A stretch of DNA of 30,700 bases from a virus (IMGVR_UViG_3300030708_000884:1-30700); one strand, 5' to 3'; positions 6,021-17,100 are shown, counted from the first letter of the stretch. The notes: generated by a model from the letters alone, not told the origin. Translations and numbers: made by a program.

Positions 6021-7157
6021 ATGGCACATCAATCTTCTACTCTGACTACTAGCCTTACACGGGCTGGTCAGTCCAACTCTACGGGTGACGCCCGTGCTCT
6101 TTACCTGAAGCTCTTTTCAGGTGAAATGTTCAAAGGTTTCCAGTACAATGCGATCGCTCGTGACATGGTCATGAAGCGCACCCTGAAGAACGGCAAGTCA
6201 ATGCAGTTCATCTACACGGGTCGCACGACTGCTGAGTACCACACCCCCGGAAACGCAATCCTCGGTAACTCCGACGGTGCGCCCCCGGTGGCCGAAAAGA
6301 CCATCACGGTTGACGACCTGCTCATCAGCTCGGCTTTCGTGTATGATCTTGACGAGACTCTGTCTCACTACGATCTGCGCTCTGAGATTAGCCGTAAGAT
6401 CGGCTACGCTCTGGCCCAGAAGTATGACCGTCTGATCTTCCGTGCTATCACTCGTGGTGCACGTGCTGCTTCCCCGATCACCAAGACCAACTTTGTTGAG
6501 CCGGGTGGCACCCAGATCCGTGTCGGTTCTACTGCTAACGCTTCTGACGCTTACAACTCTGCCAACCTTGTGGCAGCGTTCTACGACGCCGCTGCTGCCC
6601 TCGACGAAAAGGGTGTCAGCTCTGAGGGTCGTGTCGGGGTCCTGAACCCACGTCAATACTACGAACTGATTCAGGCTGTCGGATCTAACGGTCTGGTGAA
6701 TCGCGATGAGCAAGGCACTGCGCTGCAAGGCGGCCAGGGCATCATCGAGATCGCCGGTATCAAGATCTACAAGTCCATGAACATTCCGTTCTTCTCTCAG
6801 TATGGTACTAAGTACGGTACTGGCTCTGCAACCAACCCTGGTGTGACCGATCCTGGCAACACCGGTTCTTTCGTTGGTGAAGCTGTTGAGGACGCCGCTG
6901 CTGATGTCACCGGTATCAACAACGAGTATGGTGAAGAAACCGAATTCGCCAACTCCTGTGGTTTGATCTTCCAACGCGAAGCCGCTGGCTGCGTGGAAGC
7001 AATCGGCCCCCAGGTGCAGGTTACCAGTGGAGACGTGTCCGTGGTTTACCAGGGCGACGTGATCCTGGGTCGTCTCGCCATGGGCGCAGACTACCTGAAC
7101 CCTGCATGTGCAGTCGAACTGTTTGCTGGCACCGCCACCAAGCCTTCTGCATTCTGA
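6021..7157 (+). CDS. Major capsid protein (T7 gp10-like)
   Basis: 378 aa. Motifs ALYLKLFSGEMF, RTLKNGKSMQFIYTGR, EKTITVDDLLISSAFVYDLDE and GRLAMGADYLNP. Strongly biased, high-expression codon usage. Confidence 0.97.
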   Translation: MAHQSSTLTTSLTRAGQSNSTGDARALYLKLFSGEMFKGFQYNAIARDMVMKRTLKNGKSMQFIYTGRTTAEYHTPGNAILGNSDGAPPVAEKTITVDDLLISSAFVYDLDETLSHYDLRSEISRKIGYALAQKYDRLIFRAITRGARAASPITKTNFVEPGGTQIRVGSTANASDAYNSANLVAAFYDAAAALDEKGVSSEGRVGVLNPRQYYELIQAVGSNGLVNRDEQGTALQGGQGIIEIAGIKIYKSMNIPFFSQYGTKYGTGSATNPGVTDPGNTGSFVGEAVEDAAADVTGINNEYGEETEFANSCGLIFQREAAGCVEAIGPQVQVTSGDVSVVYQGDVILGRLAMGADYLNPACAVELFAGTATKPSAF

Positions 7158-7174
7158 TTTTTTCAAAGTATACA

Positions 7175-7200
7175 GGGACCCTTCGGGGTCCTTTTTTTTT
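7175..7200 (+). terminator. Intrinsic terminator after the capsid gene (T7 T-phi equivalent)
   Basis: GGGACCC-TTCG-GGGTCCT followed by a T run; C(UUCG)G tetraloop. Confidence 0.92.
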
Positions 7201-7206
7201 ATCTAT

Positions 7207-7821
7207 ATGGCTTTTCCTACCACTAACTCGCAGCAAGAGCTGCCTGCTGTCAATCAAATCTTGCAGTCGTGTGGACAAGCGCCTGTAACTACCCTAGACC
7301 AAACCAACCCGGACGTTGCGATTGCCTATCAGACTTTGCTAGAAGTCTCACGGGAAGTACAGAGCGAGGGATGGTCATTTAACAAAGAGTTCCATTACTT
7401 GATGGTTCGGAATACAGATAATCAAATCGAGATCCCGAACAACATGCTGCAGATTGACGCCACTGACAACGCAGCTAACGTTGAACTGGACGTCATCCGT
7501 CGCAGCGGCAAGCTGTATGACAAGGCACATCACACATATACATTTGAGCAAGACATTGAATGTGACATTGTTTGGTTGTTCGATTGGATAGACTTACCTA
7601 AACCGATTGCTGACTTCATCACTGCACGAGCTGCAGCCATTACTTCTAGTCGGATTGTTGGTGACACCAACCAGTATCAAATCTTGCAACAAAAGGAAGC
7701 ATTCACCAGAGCTATGGCTATGGAGTATGAGTGCAATCAAGGTGACTATACGTTCTTTGGACATTCTGGAGCTACCAATCGTTACCAAAGCTACAAACCC
7801 TATAACGCTCTTTATCGATAA
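7207..7821 (+). CDS. Tail tubular protein A (T7 gp11-like)
   Basis: The true start is likely ATG 7207 (MAFPTTNSQQELPAVNQILQSCGQAPV). Motif VSREVQSEGWSFNKE; follows the capsid gene. Confidence 0.92.
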   Translation: MAFPTTNSQQELPAVNQILQSCGQAPVTTLDQTNPDVAIAYQTLLEVSREVQSEGWSFNKEFHYLMVRNTDNQIEIPNNMLQIDATDNAANVELDVIRRSGKLYDKAHHTYTFEQDIECDIVWLFDWIDLPKPIADFITARAAAITSSRIVGDTNQYQILQQKEAFTRAMAMEYECNQGDYTFFGHSGATNRYQSYKPYNALYR

Positions 7822-10458
7822 ATGGCATCTATTACTCAACGGATTGGTACGTACCTTGGTGGCGTATCTAAGCAATCAGATGATAAGAAGCTGCCAGGAC
7901 AAGTCCGTGAGTGTTACAACGGATTCCCTGATGCAACCTACGGGTTGACCAAGCGTCCTGGTTTTGAGCACATTCTGAACCTAGGCACAGGCTCCACGTA
8001 TGATGGTGGTAAGTGGTTCTTTATCAAACGTGATAACGATGAAGAATATATTGGTGTAATCAAAGGTACAACCATTGCAATCTGGAATGCGTTGACAGGT
8101 GCGTCAGCTACTGTGACTTACCCTGATGGCACTAGCTACCTTAACGGTGATAAAACTAACTACAAAGTTATCACTGTCCAGGATACAAGTATCATCATCA
8201 ACAGTAAAAATAATGTAACTGCTGACACTGCTGTATCTAATTCTGCATATGATCCACATCGGTCAGTTTCTATTGTTCTTGACTCTGTAGCTAATGGTGC
8301 AGTATATACTGTAGAAATCACTATTGGTGGTGCTAAGCAGACGGCTACATTTACAGCGTCTTCGTCGTCAACATCTGAAGATGTACTGACTGACTTGAAA
8401 ACTGACATCGAGGCGATGACCGGTGCCCACGCAGGTATCACTGTCAGCAAGTTTGCCAATGAATTAGAGCTGCAGCATACTGCTGACATGGATGTGCACG
8501 CATTTGGTGGCATCAACAACCTTGCATTGGTTGCAATTGAGGATGTTGTTAATGACATTGGCACCCTACCTGTGCAATCGAGGCATGGCCGTATTGTTAA
8601 AGTTGTACTGACGGGTGCAAACGATGCTGACTATTGGGTTAAGTTTGTTGCACATAACGGTGTAGGTGGTGAAGGTTACTGGCAAGAGACTATCAATCCC
8701 ACAGTCTCTGTTGGTTTAAACAACGCTACCATGCCGCATGAGCTGGTAAATACAGCGACTGACACTTTTATCTTCCGTCAAATTAACTATGTAGATCGTC
8801 AGGTAGGTGATGACACAACTAACGCACAGCCTAGTTTTGTCAACAACAAAATTACTAGCGGGTTCTTCCACAACAACCGCCTAGGCTTTATCTCTGGTGA
8901 TAACGTTATTCTCAGTAGGTCTGGAGACTTTTATAACTTCTTCTTTACTACTGCACAAACGGTTATTGACTCAGACCCAATTGACATCAGTTGTTCGTCT
9001 ATCCGTCCTACTTCACTGCATTCAGTTATTCCTACGCCACAGGGTGTAGTGCTGTTCTCAGAAAACCAACAGTTTATTATGTTTTCTGATACAGGTGTGC
9101 TGACGCCTGCATTGACTACAATCCGGACGCTTTCTAACTATGAAATTGAGCGTGATATTGAGCCTGTTGACGTAGGTACTAACATCAATTTTGTTAGCAA
9201 AACGCCTGGCTATACACGTGTGTTTAGTATGATCACTCGTGGTCAACAAGAAAACCCACAGGTTATTGACGTTTCTAGAGTTGTAAAAGAATGGATTTCA
9301 CAAGACGTTGATCTTATGATTTCTAGTCCACAGAACTCTATGATTGCACTAAGTGGTCAATCTCTAAATGAAGTGTTCTTGTTCCGTTACTATAACGACG
9401 GTGAAAGGAACATTATGCAAGCCTGGGTTAGTTGGATTATGCCAGGAACTGTGCAATTCCTAGCTACTAATTCTGACGAGATGTACGCAGTCACTAAGCA
9501 AGGCGGTCAATTTACCTTACTAAAAGCTGCACTTAGCCAAAGCCCAGAGCAAGCTATTATCATCAACAACAAAGGTGAAAAGGTCAACCCCTGTGTAGAC
9601 CTGTACAAAAACATCGGGTCTAGTTCTGTGGTATTTGATGCCGCTAATAACAGAACCAAGTGCTACATTCCGTACAACGATGCTACGTCTTTGACACCTA
9701 TTATCATTATTAAGGGTGACACAACTGGCGGGGCGTTTGTTGAGTCAGGATTTACAATTACTCCTGAGCGTGGTTCAGATACAAACGGGCCTAACGCTCC
9801 AGCTACAGAAAGCTTCTTTGTAATTCCCAACAAAAATTTGACGGCGTCTGGTGAAGGTGCCTTGAACGTTGCTGGTGATGTCATTGTCGGATATAAGTAC
9901 AACTTTGATGTGGAGCTGCCACGTACGTTCTACAGGCCAGACAACAATATCACTGACTTTACAGCGAACCTGACTATTGCAAGGATGAAGTTTGCTATTG
10001 GCTTGTCAGGTATGATGAGCTTTAAGGTCAATCAAACCGGTAGGCTTCCTTACGCTGTAGACTTTACAGGTGATGGTTCTACTACTACATTTACATTCAA
10101 CAAAAACGACTTGGAGTATGTAGACAGGTCAGATGTGAAAGTCACTGTAAATGGTGTTTCTAATACAGCTTTTACTTTTAGCAACGATACAACCATTGTT
10201 TTTTCATCAGCTCCTGCAGACGGTGCAGCTATTAAGTTCTTTATTGACGAATGGTTTAATGTACACCCTGTAGCAGAAGCCAACACATACCTTGCTAACG
10301 ATGTCCCGCTAGATAACGAGACTGTATTTACTATTCCTATCCACCAAAGAACTGAAAACTTTGATTTAAAAATGTTTAACAACTCACCGTTTCCTGTTGC
10401 TGTCAACGCAATGATGTGGGAGGGTAACTATACACCACGTTTCTATAGGAGGGCTTGA
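7822..10458 (+). CDS. Tail tubular protein B / nozzle (T7 gp12-like)
   Basis: 878 aa. N-terminal ITQRIGTYLGGVSKQSD...GLTKRPG, internal FFHNNRLGF and SDPIDI, C-terminal WEGNYTPRFYRRA. Confidence 0.93.
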   Translation: MASITQRIGTYLGGVSKQSDDKKLPGQVRECYNGFPDATYGLTKRPGFEHILNLGTGSTYDGGKWFFIKRDNDEEYIGVIKGTTIAIWNALTGASATVTYPDGTSYLNGDKTNYKVITVQDTSIIINSKNNVTADTAVSNSAYDPHRSVSIVLDSVANGAVYTVEITIGGAKQTATFTASSSSTSEDVLTDLKTDIEAMTGAHAGITVSKFANELELQHTADMDVHAFGGINNLALVAIEDVVNDIGTLPVQSRHGRIVKVVLTGANDADYWVKFVAHNGVGGEGYWQETINPTVSVGLNNATMPHELVNTATDTFIFRQINYVDRQVGDDTTNAQPSFVNNKITSGFFHNNRLGFISGDNVILSRSGDFYNFFFTTAQTVIDSDPIDISCSSIRPTSLHSVIPTPQGVVLFSENQQFIMFSDTGVLTPALTTIRTLSNYEIERDIEPVDVGTNINFVSKTPGYTRVFSMITRGQQENPQVIDVSRVVKEWISQDVDLMISSPQNSMIALSGQSLNEVFLFRYYNDGERNIMQAWVSWIMPGTVQFLATNSDEMYAVTKQGGQFTLLKAALSQSPEQAIIINNKGEKVNPCVDLYKNIGSSSVVFDAANNRTKCYIPYNDATSLTPIIIIKGDTTGGAFVESGFTITPERGSDTNGPNAPATESFFVIPNKNLTASGEGALNVAGDVIVGYKYNFDVELPRTFYRPDNNITDFTANLTIARMKFAIGLSGMMSFKVNQTGRLPYAVDFTGDGSTTTFTFNKNDLEYVDRSDVKVTVNGVSNTAFTFSNDTTIVFSSAPADGAAIKFFIDEWFNVHPVAEANTYLANDVPLDNETVFTIPIHQRTENFDLKMFNNSPFPVAVNAMMWEGNYTPRFYRRA

Positions 10459-11537
10459 TGTTTGGATATGATGATTTAGAATTTAATCCGAAAGGTGATA
10501 ATCTAATTGAACGTGAATTAGCTGTATCTGGCTTAGAAAGTCACGGTATTTTAGATTGGCTGACTGGAGGTGCTCATTCACAAAACAAGTATGCACGTGA
10601 AGTAGCCAAGCGTACAAACGAGTATAACCAAGCGGTATATAAGTTTGAAGGCGAGGAATTGGAACGGTCGTATGATTACGCCGTTGCAGGTCAAAATATA
10701 AAAATAAACAATCTCGAAAGGGATATAAAATACGAAGAGAATAGTGCACAGCAGCGTTGGAATTACGGAATGGCAATCCGTGATTACGAGCATAGCCGTG
10801 ATTTGGGTGCTTACCAGCAATCCATGGCGCAAGCTACTGCACAAAAAGGTTTCAACGAAATAGCTGATGGTTTTGCTAATTTGCAGCAAGACCGCAATAA
10901 GATGGAACAGCAGATTGAGCTGGGCCTGACTGAGCAAGAGACTTATCTTAACTACACTGCACAAGCTTATGGCTTGCAGATGAAGAAGAAAAAGCTCAAG
11001 TCTGGAGCTATGTCACAAATGCGGCAATCAAGCATTGCTGCTCTGAAGGATAAAGGCCAAGCTGCATCTAGAGGTCAAGCTGGTCGTTCTGTTGGCAAGA
11101 GTTTGCACGCTATCCAAATGGAAGCAAACATGGCTGAGAATGATATTGTCAATGAATTGATGGATAACATGTCACAAGTTGACATGGATTTGCTTGTAGC
11201 ACGTCATCAAAACATGCAAGACAATCTTGCTCTTGAGTTGTCTAGAAATAACCTAGAGGCAGCCGATAGTCTTTCACGTGTGCAAATTTCAATGCAACGT
11301 GCACAAGCTGATCTAGATGCAGAAGCTAGCATCATGTTGAAACCAGAGATCGCACCGCCTCTACCCACGCCTCTCACCATGCCGCGGCCTGAGTTCCAAG
11401 AAATCTATAAGCCTAAGCAAGGTCCTGAGCCGATGGAAGCTGTTGCATATCAAGCTAATCTTGGTACTGCGTTCTTTAATCAAATGCTTAATGTCGCTGG
11501 TACTGCTGTCGGTATGGGTTGGAAACCGTTTGGATAA
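10458..11537 (+). CDS. Internal virion protein (T7 gp14-like position)
   Basis: ATG 10458 overlaps the TGA of gp12, with AGGAGG upstream. Helical Q/A-rich protein with a GQAGRS motif. Assigned by synteny. Confidence 0.65.
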   Translation: MFGYDDLEFNPKGDNLIERELAVSGLESHGILDWLTGGAHSQNKYAREVAKRTNEYNQAVYKFEGEELERSYDYAVAGQNIKINNLERDIKYEENSAQQRWNYGMAIRDYEHSRDLGAYQQSMAQATAQKGFNEIADGFANLQQDRNKMEQQIELGLTEQETYLNYTAQAYGLQMKKKKLKSGAMSQMRQSSIAALKDKGQAASRGQAGRSVGKSLHAIQMEANMAENDIVNELMDNMSQVDMDLLVARHQNMQDNLALELSRNNLEAADSLSRVQISMQRAQADLDAEASIMLKPEIAPPLPTPLTMPRPEFQEIYKPKQGPEPMEAVAYQANLGTAFFNQMLNVAGTAVGMGWKPFG

Positions 11538-11539
11538 TT

Positions 11540-14155
11540 ATGCCAAAAAATTACAAGACATACGCTAAGCCTGGCAGTTTTAGTGAGTTTCAAATCAAGA
11601 CTCCTGATCAAACTGAAAAATTTAACAGGCAAACACAAAAACAAATTAGGGGCAGAGAACGTGCCCAGCAAGCTCTTGAACGTCAACGTGAAATCCACCA
11701 ACGTACACAACGGCTTGTAAATAGTTTTGAGGAAGAGAACAGAGATGTTAGCTTCCAAATGCAGAATAAGGAGAGAAAGTCTTACAGAGACGCTCTTACC
11801 CGTGATTATCAAACTGGAATCACCAATCTAGATAATCAAAACAAAGTCCAACAAACAAACCTTCGGAACATTTCAGCCTTTAGTTCAACTGCTGCAAGTC
11901 TTGTAGGTCAGTACCTCGCGGCTGAAGAAGAAAAAAAGGTTGCTGCAGCACATGACATCATTTCTAGAACTGGTGTAACCTATGATGAAATGTTGGCGTT
12001 TCAAAAAATGAACGACAACTTGACACGTGCTGAGTTTGCTTCACAAGATGCTGTTCAGGAAATTTTAGGTCCTGGTGCTGACTCGTCTCTTATCGATGCG
12101 TTCTTTACTGTTTACCAAAACAGAAACACAAGGCGTTGGTTTGAGCATAAGCAGTTATTCAAAAACAGTCTCAACGGATTTCCAGACTTTTTAGAAGAAC
12201 ACATTAAAGAAGTAGAACAGCAGACTGGAAAAGAAATTACTGACTTCGATGCTGTACTTGATCAAGCAAAACGCAAGTTCATGGAGCTGTATTTTGCTGG
12301 TAAGGCAAGGCCAGAAGTTTTGTCAGGCCTAGGTGTCTATGCAAAACTGGATGAGTTAGTAAATAATCGACGTTCTCTTTTTTTAAAGGACAAACGTGCA
12401 GCACAAAAGAAGGAACTAGAACGTGATCGTCACAACGCATTTTTACAGGTATTAAGTGAAGAAGGTCCTGCCGGTATCCTTCGCATCAACGGCACAAATC
12501 CTTCTTATCAAAAACGTGCCAGTATGGTTGCTGCCCTGAAACTCGGTGCAGAGGGAGGCGGAGCTTTCGGTGTTACTGTTGGTCAAATTGACGCTATCTT
12601 AAGGATGCCTTCTGGTGGGTCAAACGGTAAAACGTTTCAGGAAGCTTTCCCAGGCAGTGCTGCTGAACTAGAAGCAATCAAACAAAGCATTACTAATAAG
12701 CAAAAAAAAGCAGTTACTAACGAAGATTTTCGCAGGCAACAAGAAATCAACGCCTTTGCTGTCGATCTTGCTAACCAGTTTGGTACAGAAGACGGTGTCT
12801 TGTCCCAGTCAGATGTTGATAAAATTGAACGACGAGTGCATTTAGCATACCCTGGACACACCGCTGATGTTATCAAAGAACTCAGAGCGATGACACCAGA
12901 TGGAAAACTTGCATTTGACACTGAACAGCTTAACAACAGATTAGCTCTAATGGGTCGTCTGACTGTTGAGCAAGCTATGAATGGTAAGTATCTTACGCCA
13001 GAAGCTAGGAACAGAGCACTAAAATTAGCTGAGTTTCAAGAAGAAATGGCTAAAGATCCTCAACGTGAAACGGATTTGAAACAGCTTAAAGCTGATTTTT
13101 TCAGCCATCCTTCTGTAAGGAATGCAAGAAACGTAAATAAGGACGGCAATGACATTAACTACACTCTGTATTTAAATGAAAAATTCAGAGATTATGACAC
13201 GCTCGTGAACTCACTTTCTGCTGTTGAAGGGGCAAATATACAGCAAGTTCGGAGAGATGCAGCAATTGCCATCAAAGCTCAGATGATGAAAGATATAGAA
13301 GAGAACCATAATTTACGTGGTATGAAAGCTTATCAAATAAATGGAGGCGAAGATATAACAGATGCAGAAGTTAGCCGTATCGAAGGCCTAGCAACTACTG
13401 GCGAAGCGCAGTTGAAAAAAATCAAAGCAATCGGACAAAACAAAAGTTTGTCAGATGCTGATGCAGCTAGACAAGCTGCTGCCTTAATGAACCACCCTGA
13501 AATAGAAAAGGCTTTAATGGATTATACAAATCCTAATTTTACAATGCCACCTTCTGTTGTCATCTATGCGGATTCAATAAATAGAACACCATTGTATGCT
13601 CTTAGAGAGCTTGCACCTTTTATTGGAGATGGTAGTACACAACTACAAGTTGACAAACTCAATAAAGAGATGAATGTAAGGTATCAACAATACATTGATA
13701 CTCCTTATTCACCTATTCGTAACACCTACCGCACTCCTGAACGTACAGGACGAGCCAACATTGGAGACAACAAATCAGGAGCCACGGCACCGATTCGTCC
13801 TTCTATGTTCAAGGTAGTTCAGTATGTCTCTGCAGACCCTGCTATTAGAGGTAAGGACGACGGTCCTGGTGGACGTATCTACTACGAGGCCGAAGGTCAC
13901 GGTGGACAACACTACCACAACCACTACGAATTTGAAAGCCGTGCCCAAGCTGCACAAGCCAAAGCTTTGTTTGAAGCAAGAGGTTTCCGTGTGACTTCGT
14001 ATCTTCGACCTGACGATACAGGCAGTGCCCATTCTTATGGGACGGCAATCGACGTAGCCCCTCCACTTAGTCTCCCTTACACTGATGAGGCAGAAGCTGC
14101 ATGGTCTGCTAGTGCAAACGCAGTCATCGGATTCAACCCATTAGAAAATGAATAG
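11540..14155 (+). CDS. Internal virion protein (gp15-like) with C-terminal M15-like Zn peptidase motifs
   Basis: Likely start ATG 11540. Long helical protein; the C-terminus has HYHNHYEF and VTSYLRPDDTGSAHSYGTAIDV (SxHxxGxAxD). Confidence 0.7.
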   Translation: MPKNYKTYAKPGSFSEFQIKTPDQTEKFNRQTQKQIRGRERAQQALERQREIHQRTQRLVNSFEEENRDVSFQMQNKERKSYRDALTRDYQTGITNLDNQNKVQQTNLRNISAFSSTAASLVGQYLAAEEEKKVAAAHDIISRTGVTYDEMLAFQKMNDNLTRAEFASQDAVQEILGPGADSSLIDAFFTVYQNRNTRRWFEHKQLFKNSLNGFPDFLEEHIKEVEQQTGKEITDFDAVLDQAKRKFMELYFAGKARPEVLSGLGVYAKLDELVNNRRSLFLKDKRAAQKKELERDRHNAFLQVLSEEGPAGILRINGTNPSYQKRASMVAALKLGAEGGGAFGVTVGQIDAILRMPSGGSNGKTFQEAFPGSAAELEAIKQSITNKQKKAVTNEDFRRQQEINAFAVDLANQFGTEDGVLSQSDVDKIERRVHLAYPGHTADVIKELRAMTPDGKLAFDTEQLNNRLALMGRLTVEQAMNGKYLTPEARNRALKLAEFQEEMAKDPQRETDLKQLKADFFSHPSVRNARNVNKDGNDINYTLYLNEKFRDYDTLVNSLSAVEGANIQQVRRDAAIAIKAQMMKDIEENHNLRGMKAYQINGGEDITDAEVSRIEGLATTGEAQLKKIKAIGQNKSLSDADAARQAAALMNHPEIEKALMDYTNPNFTMPPSVVIYADSINRTPLYALRELAPFIGDGSTQLQVDKLNKEMNVRYQQYIDTPYSPIRNTYRTPERTGRANIGDNKSGATAPIRPSMFKVVQYVSADPAIRGKDDGPGGRIYYEAEGHGGQHYHNHYEFESRAQAAQAKALFEARGFRVTSYLRPDDTGSAHSYGTAIDVAPPLSLPYTDEAEAAWSASANAVIGFNPLENE

Positions 14156-17100
14156 TTTCGACAATTTCACAGAAGGCGTGCCTGGCCGTGATCTTGAGTA
14201 CATCGAACAGCAGCAAGCTGAAGAAGAACTCAGGAAACAGCAAGAAACTAAAACACCAGAAGCTACGGCTTCACCCGAACAACCCACAACAAAACAGCAA
14301 CCGCAAGCTGCCACGGCAGAAGAAGAACTTGAACAAAAAACATTTACTGAAGAAGATGAGGACGATCAGTCTGCAATCGAATTCATAGGTGAATTTGCAG
14401 CGGCAGCGCCTGTTGGTGTTTTAGATTTTGGCGCTGACCTTCTCAATCTAGTTCCTGGCGTAGAAGTTCCAAAAGTCCCTGAGTTTGAAAGTGAAATCAC
14501 ACAAGCTGTAAGGGAGATGTCTTCTATCATCATTCCTACTATCGGACTCAGCGGTGCTGGGTCTATTGCTTTAGCAGGGCGTGCTGCAAGCATAGCCAAC
14601 AAAGCTAGTAAAGCAAAGTTCCTAGTTGATCCTATGGTCAAAAAGATCGGTGGCATGGCCTTTAGTGCTGGCACTGGTGCTTTTGTTGACTACACCGTAG
14701 AGATCAACCAAAACGACGACAACCTTACCGGTACACTCAAACAAACCTGGCCTCGATTCTATCGTTGGATTCCTGATGATTTGGCAACTTTGCCATCTGA
14801 CGGTGCTGACATGAAGCGAGCAAAGAATGTTACTGAGGGTGTTTACTTAGGTGTCGGCACAGACATCCTAGTAGGTGCTGCAAAACTGGCAAACGGTTTG
14901 CGTGGCCTCACTACAGAGTACATTCCTAAGAGTGAAAAGGCTAAGGGTGTTGCAGAAGCTGCTAACGCACAACAGGCTCTGAGCCCAGAAGACGCTGCTA
15001 ACTTCTCTGCAGCAAAGCGGTCTCAAGCTATTGACAACATTGGTGAGTATAATTACAACAAAGCTCTCCAAAAATTTGACGGAGATGTAGAGCTTGCACT
15101 GTCAGAACCTATTTACGGTGTGCACGATGTATACGGTGCACAAGAGTATGTAGGACGTTCTGTAGATGGTGACGTAAACATAGCTGCAATTGACTTATGG
15201 CAAACTACTACAAACAAAGGTGGTAGTGTCGATGGCCGTGTAGGCAGCATGATTACTGAGTCGTTTCTTAAGGAAGGCCTGGAGCTTGATCGTGACATGA
15301 CAATCATGCTCAAAGGTATTGGCTCGCAACTTAAAGACGTAAAAATGGATGTCAAGTTCCCTAACGGGGACTATGCTACTGCTGCTGAAATTGCAAAAAT
15401 TGGCGATGAAAGGTTTGCAGAATATATGGAACTTCCTTTTGAGCAAGTAAAACAGCTCTTTATGGAAGACATCAGAACATCAGGCATTGTTGATCGTGAT
15501 GCTGGTATTGAAGGTCTTAGCGCACAGGGCATGGAAACTGCCCGTAAAATGATCAAAAAATACACAACAGATTTAATGAATCTGGATGACGGCAAAGCAG
15601 AAATGTATCTTGCTACATCTTTGTCTGGACAAGTCTCTGACATTGCTCAGGGTATTCGTATGACAGAAGATACTCCAGCCATTGAGAATGCCTCTAATCT
15701 TTTGATTGACCGTATTGAGTATCTGATGGCGCTGCGAGGCCGGTCTGCATACATCCGTGGTCGTGCGCTGAATCTCACTAATATGTGGAATCGCATGACG
15801 CAGACAGGCAGCAAAGCAAATCAGATGGCTTATGCCAAGCGTATTGACAGAATTATTAAAGAAGAGAAAAATGAAACACTGAGAGCTATTGACAAGATTA
15901 GACTTGATGCAAAGCAAACTACTGACATTCTCCGCGAAGTTCGTAAGGATCAGCCTGAGTTCTTTGCGCCTCTAATCATGGCGTATGAGTTCACTGATGG
16001 CAAAGTCAACACGATGGCCTCTTTGAACAAGTTTCTAAAAAACTCTACTGCCACTCTTTCTAAATCATTTATTGATAGAGATCCTGGCACACAGTCAGTC
16101 ATCCTGAATGCGTTCTGGTCTAACGTTTACAACTCTACTCTTAGTGCTTTTGGTACTCCAATCAAAGCAGGTTTTAGTAACATTGCTGGTCTAATTGAAA
16201 AACCTATTGGTGCAATGATTGGTGGCATAGCCTTGGGAGATATGCAGCAGGTGCGTCGTGCACAGTATCAGTTCGCTATGAACTTTGAGGTACTGCAAGA
16301 CTCACTGAGCTATATGTCTCAGGTATTTAAACGCAGTGCTACTGAGGTTAATGTTGCCGATTTGCAGCGTGAAAACCTCATTCAAAAGAGTGAAAGACAG
16401 ATTGAGATTCTTGATGCTATTGCCCAAGCTAAATCTGCTAACGGCGAAGAAGGTGCAGCAGTTGCTGTAGAACGCATCAAGATGATGAATGATCTGGCAA
16501 ATCACCCGTGGTTGCGTTTTGGTAACCGTGCTATGCAAGCCTTGGATGGTTTTACACAGAACATGATCATGCACGGAGAGATTCGTGCCCGTGCCTTTGA
16601 CAAAGTAACGCAAAACGGCAAACTACCTTTTGATGAGGCTAAAGCTGCACAGCACTACGCTGAAATCAGAAAAGAAATGTTTGACGAAGACGGTCTAATC
16701 AAAGATCGTTTTGTTAGGTATCAATCGAGTGAGCTTGCTATGTCGCTGGACAATGAGCTTACAAACAGCGTATCTGGCATGATACAACGTATGCCTATGT
16801 TGAAACCGTTTTTGCTGTTTACCAAGACTCCTGTCAACGATCTAATCCTTGCAAAATCGTACTCACCTCATAACTTGTTTATGAAAGAGTACAGGGATTT
16901 TAGACTTAAGCCAACAGAAGTCCCAGCAGATCAAGTTAGAGAACTTCTTATGAAGCGTGGCTTGAAAGACGGTGACGTTGCCAAGATGAGCATGGAAGAG
17001 ATGTACATGAAGTACGGAGAAATCCGTGCAGATCTCTATGGACGTGCGGCTATTGGCGCAATGACTGTTTCTGCTGCTATTGGTCTATTTATGACTGATA

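Noticed and set aside
5788-6045. ORFs spanning the capsid leader (5788-6045 + and 5850-6032 -)
   Set aside because: They overlap real genes and a structured non-coding leader, and show no protein-like features.
6198-7166. 322-aa reverse-strand ORF opposite the capsid gene
   Set aside because: Antisense shadow caused by the strong codon bias of the capsid gene; no recognisable motifs, and all real genes are on +.
7108-7206. N-terminal extension of tail tubular A in the ORF track
   Set aside because: It overlaps the capsid end and terminator; ATG 7207 gives the typical gp11 start.
7106-7288. T7 gp10B-like frameshift extension of the capsid, or capsid-gp11 fusion (both alternative frames are open across the stop)
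   Set aside because: No slippery sequence is visible before the stop, the extensions would run through the terminator, and they look non-coding.
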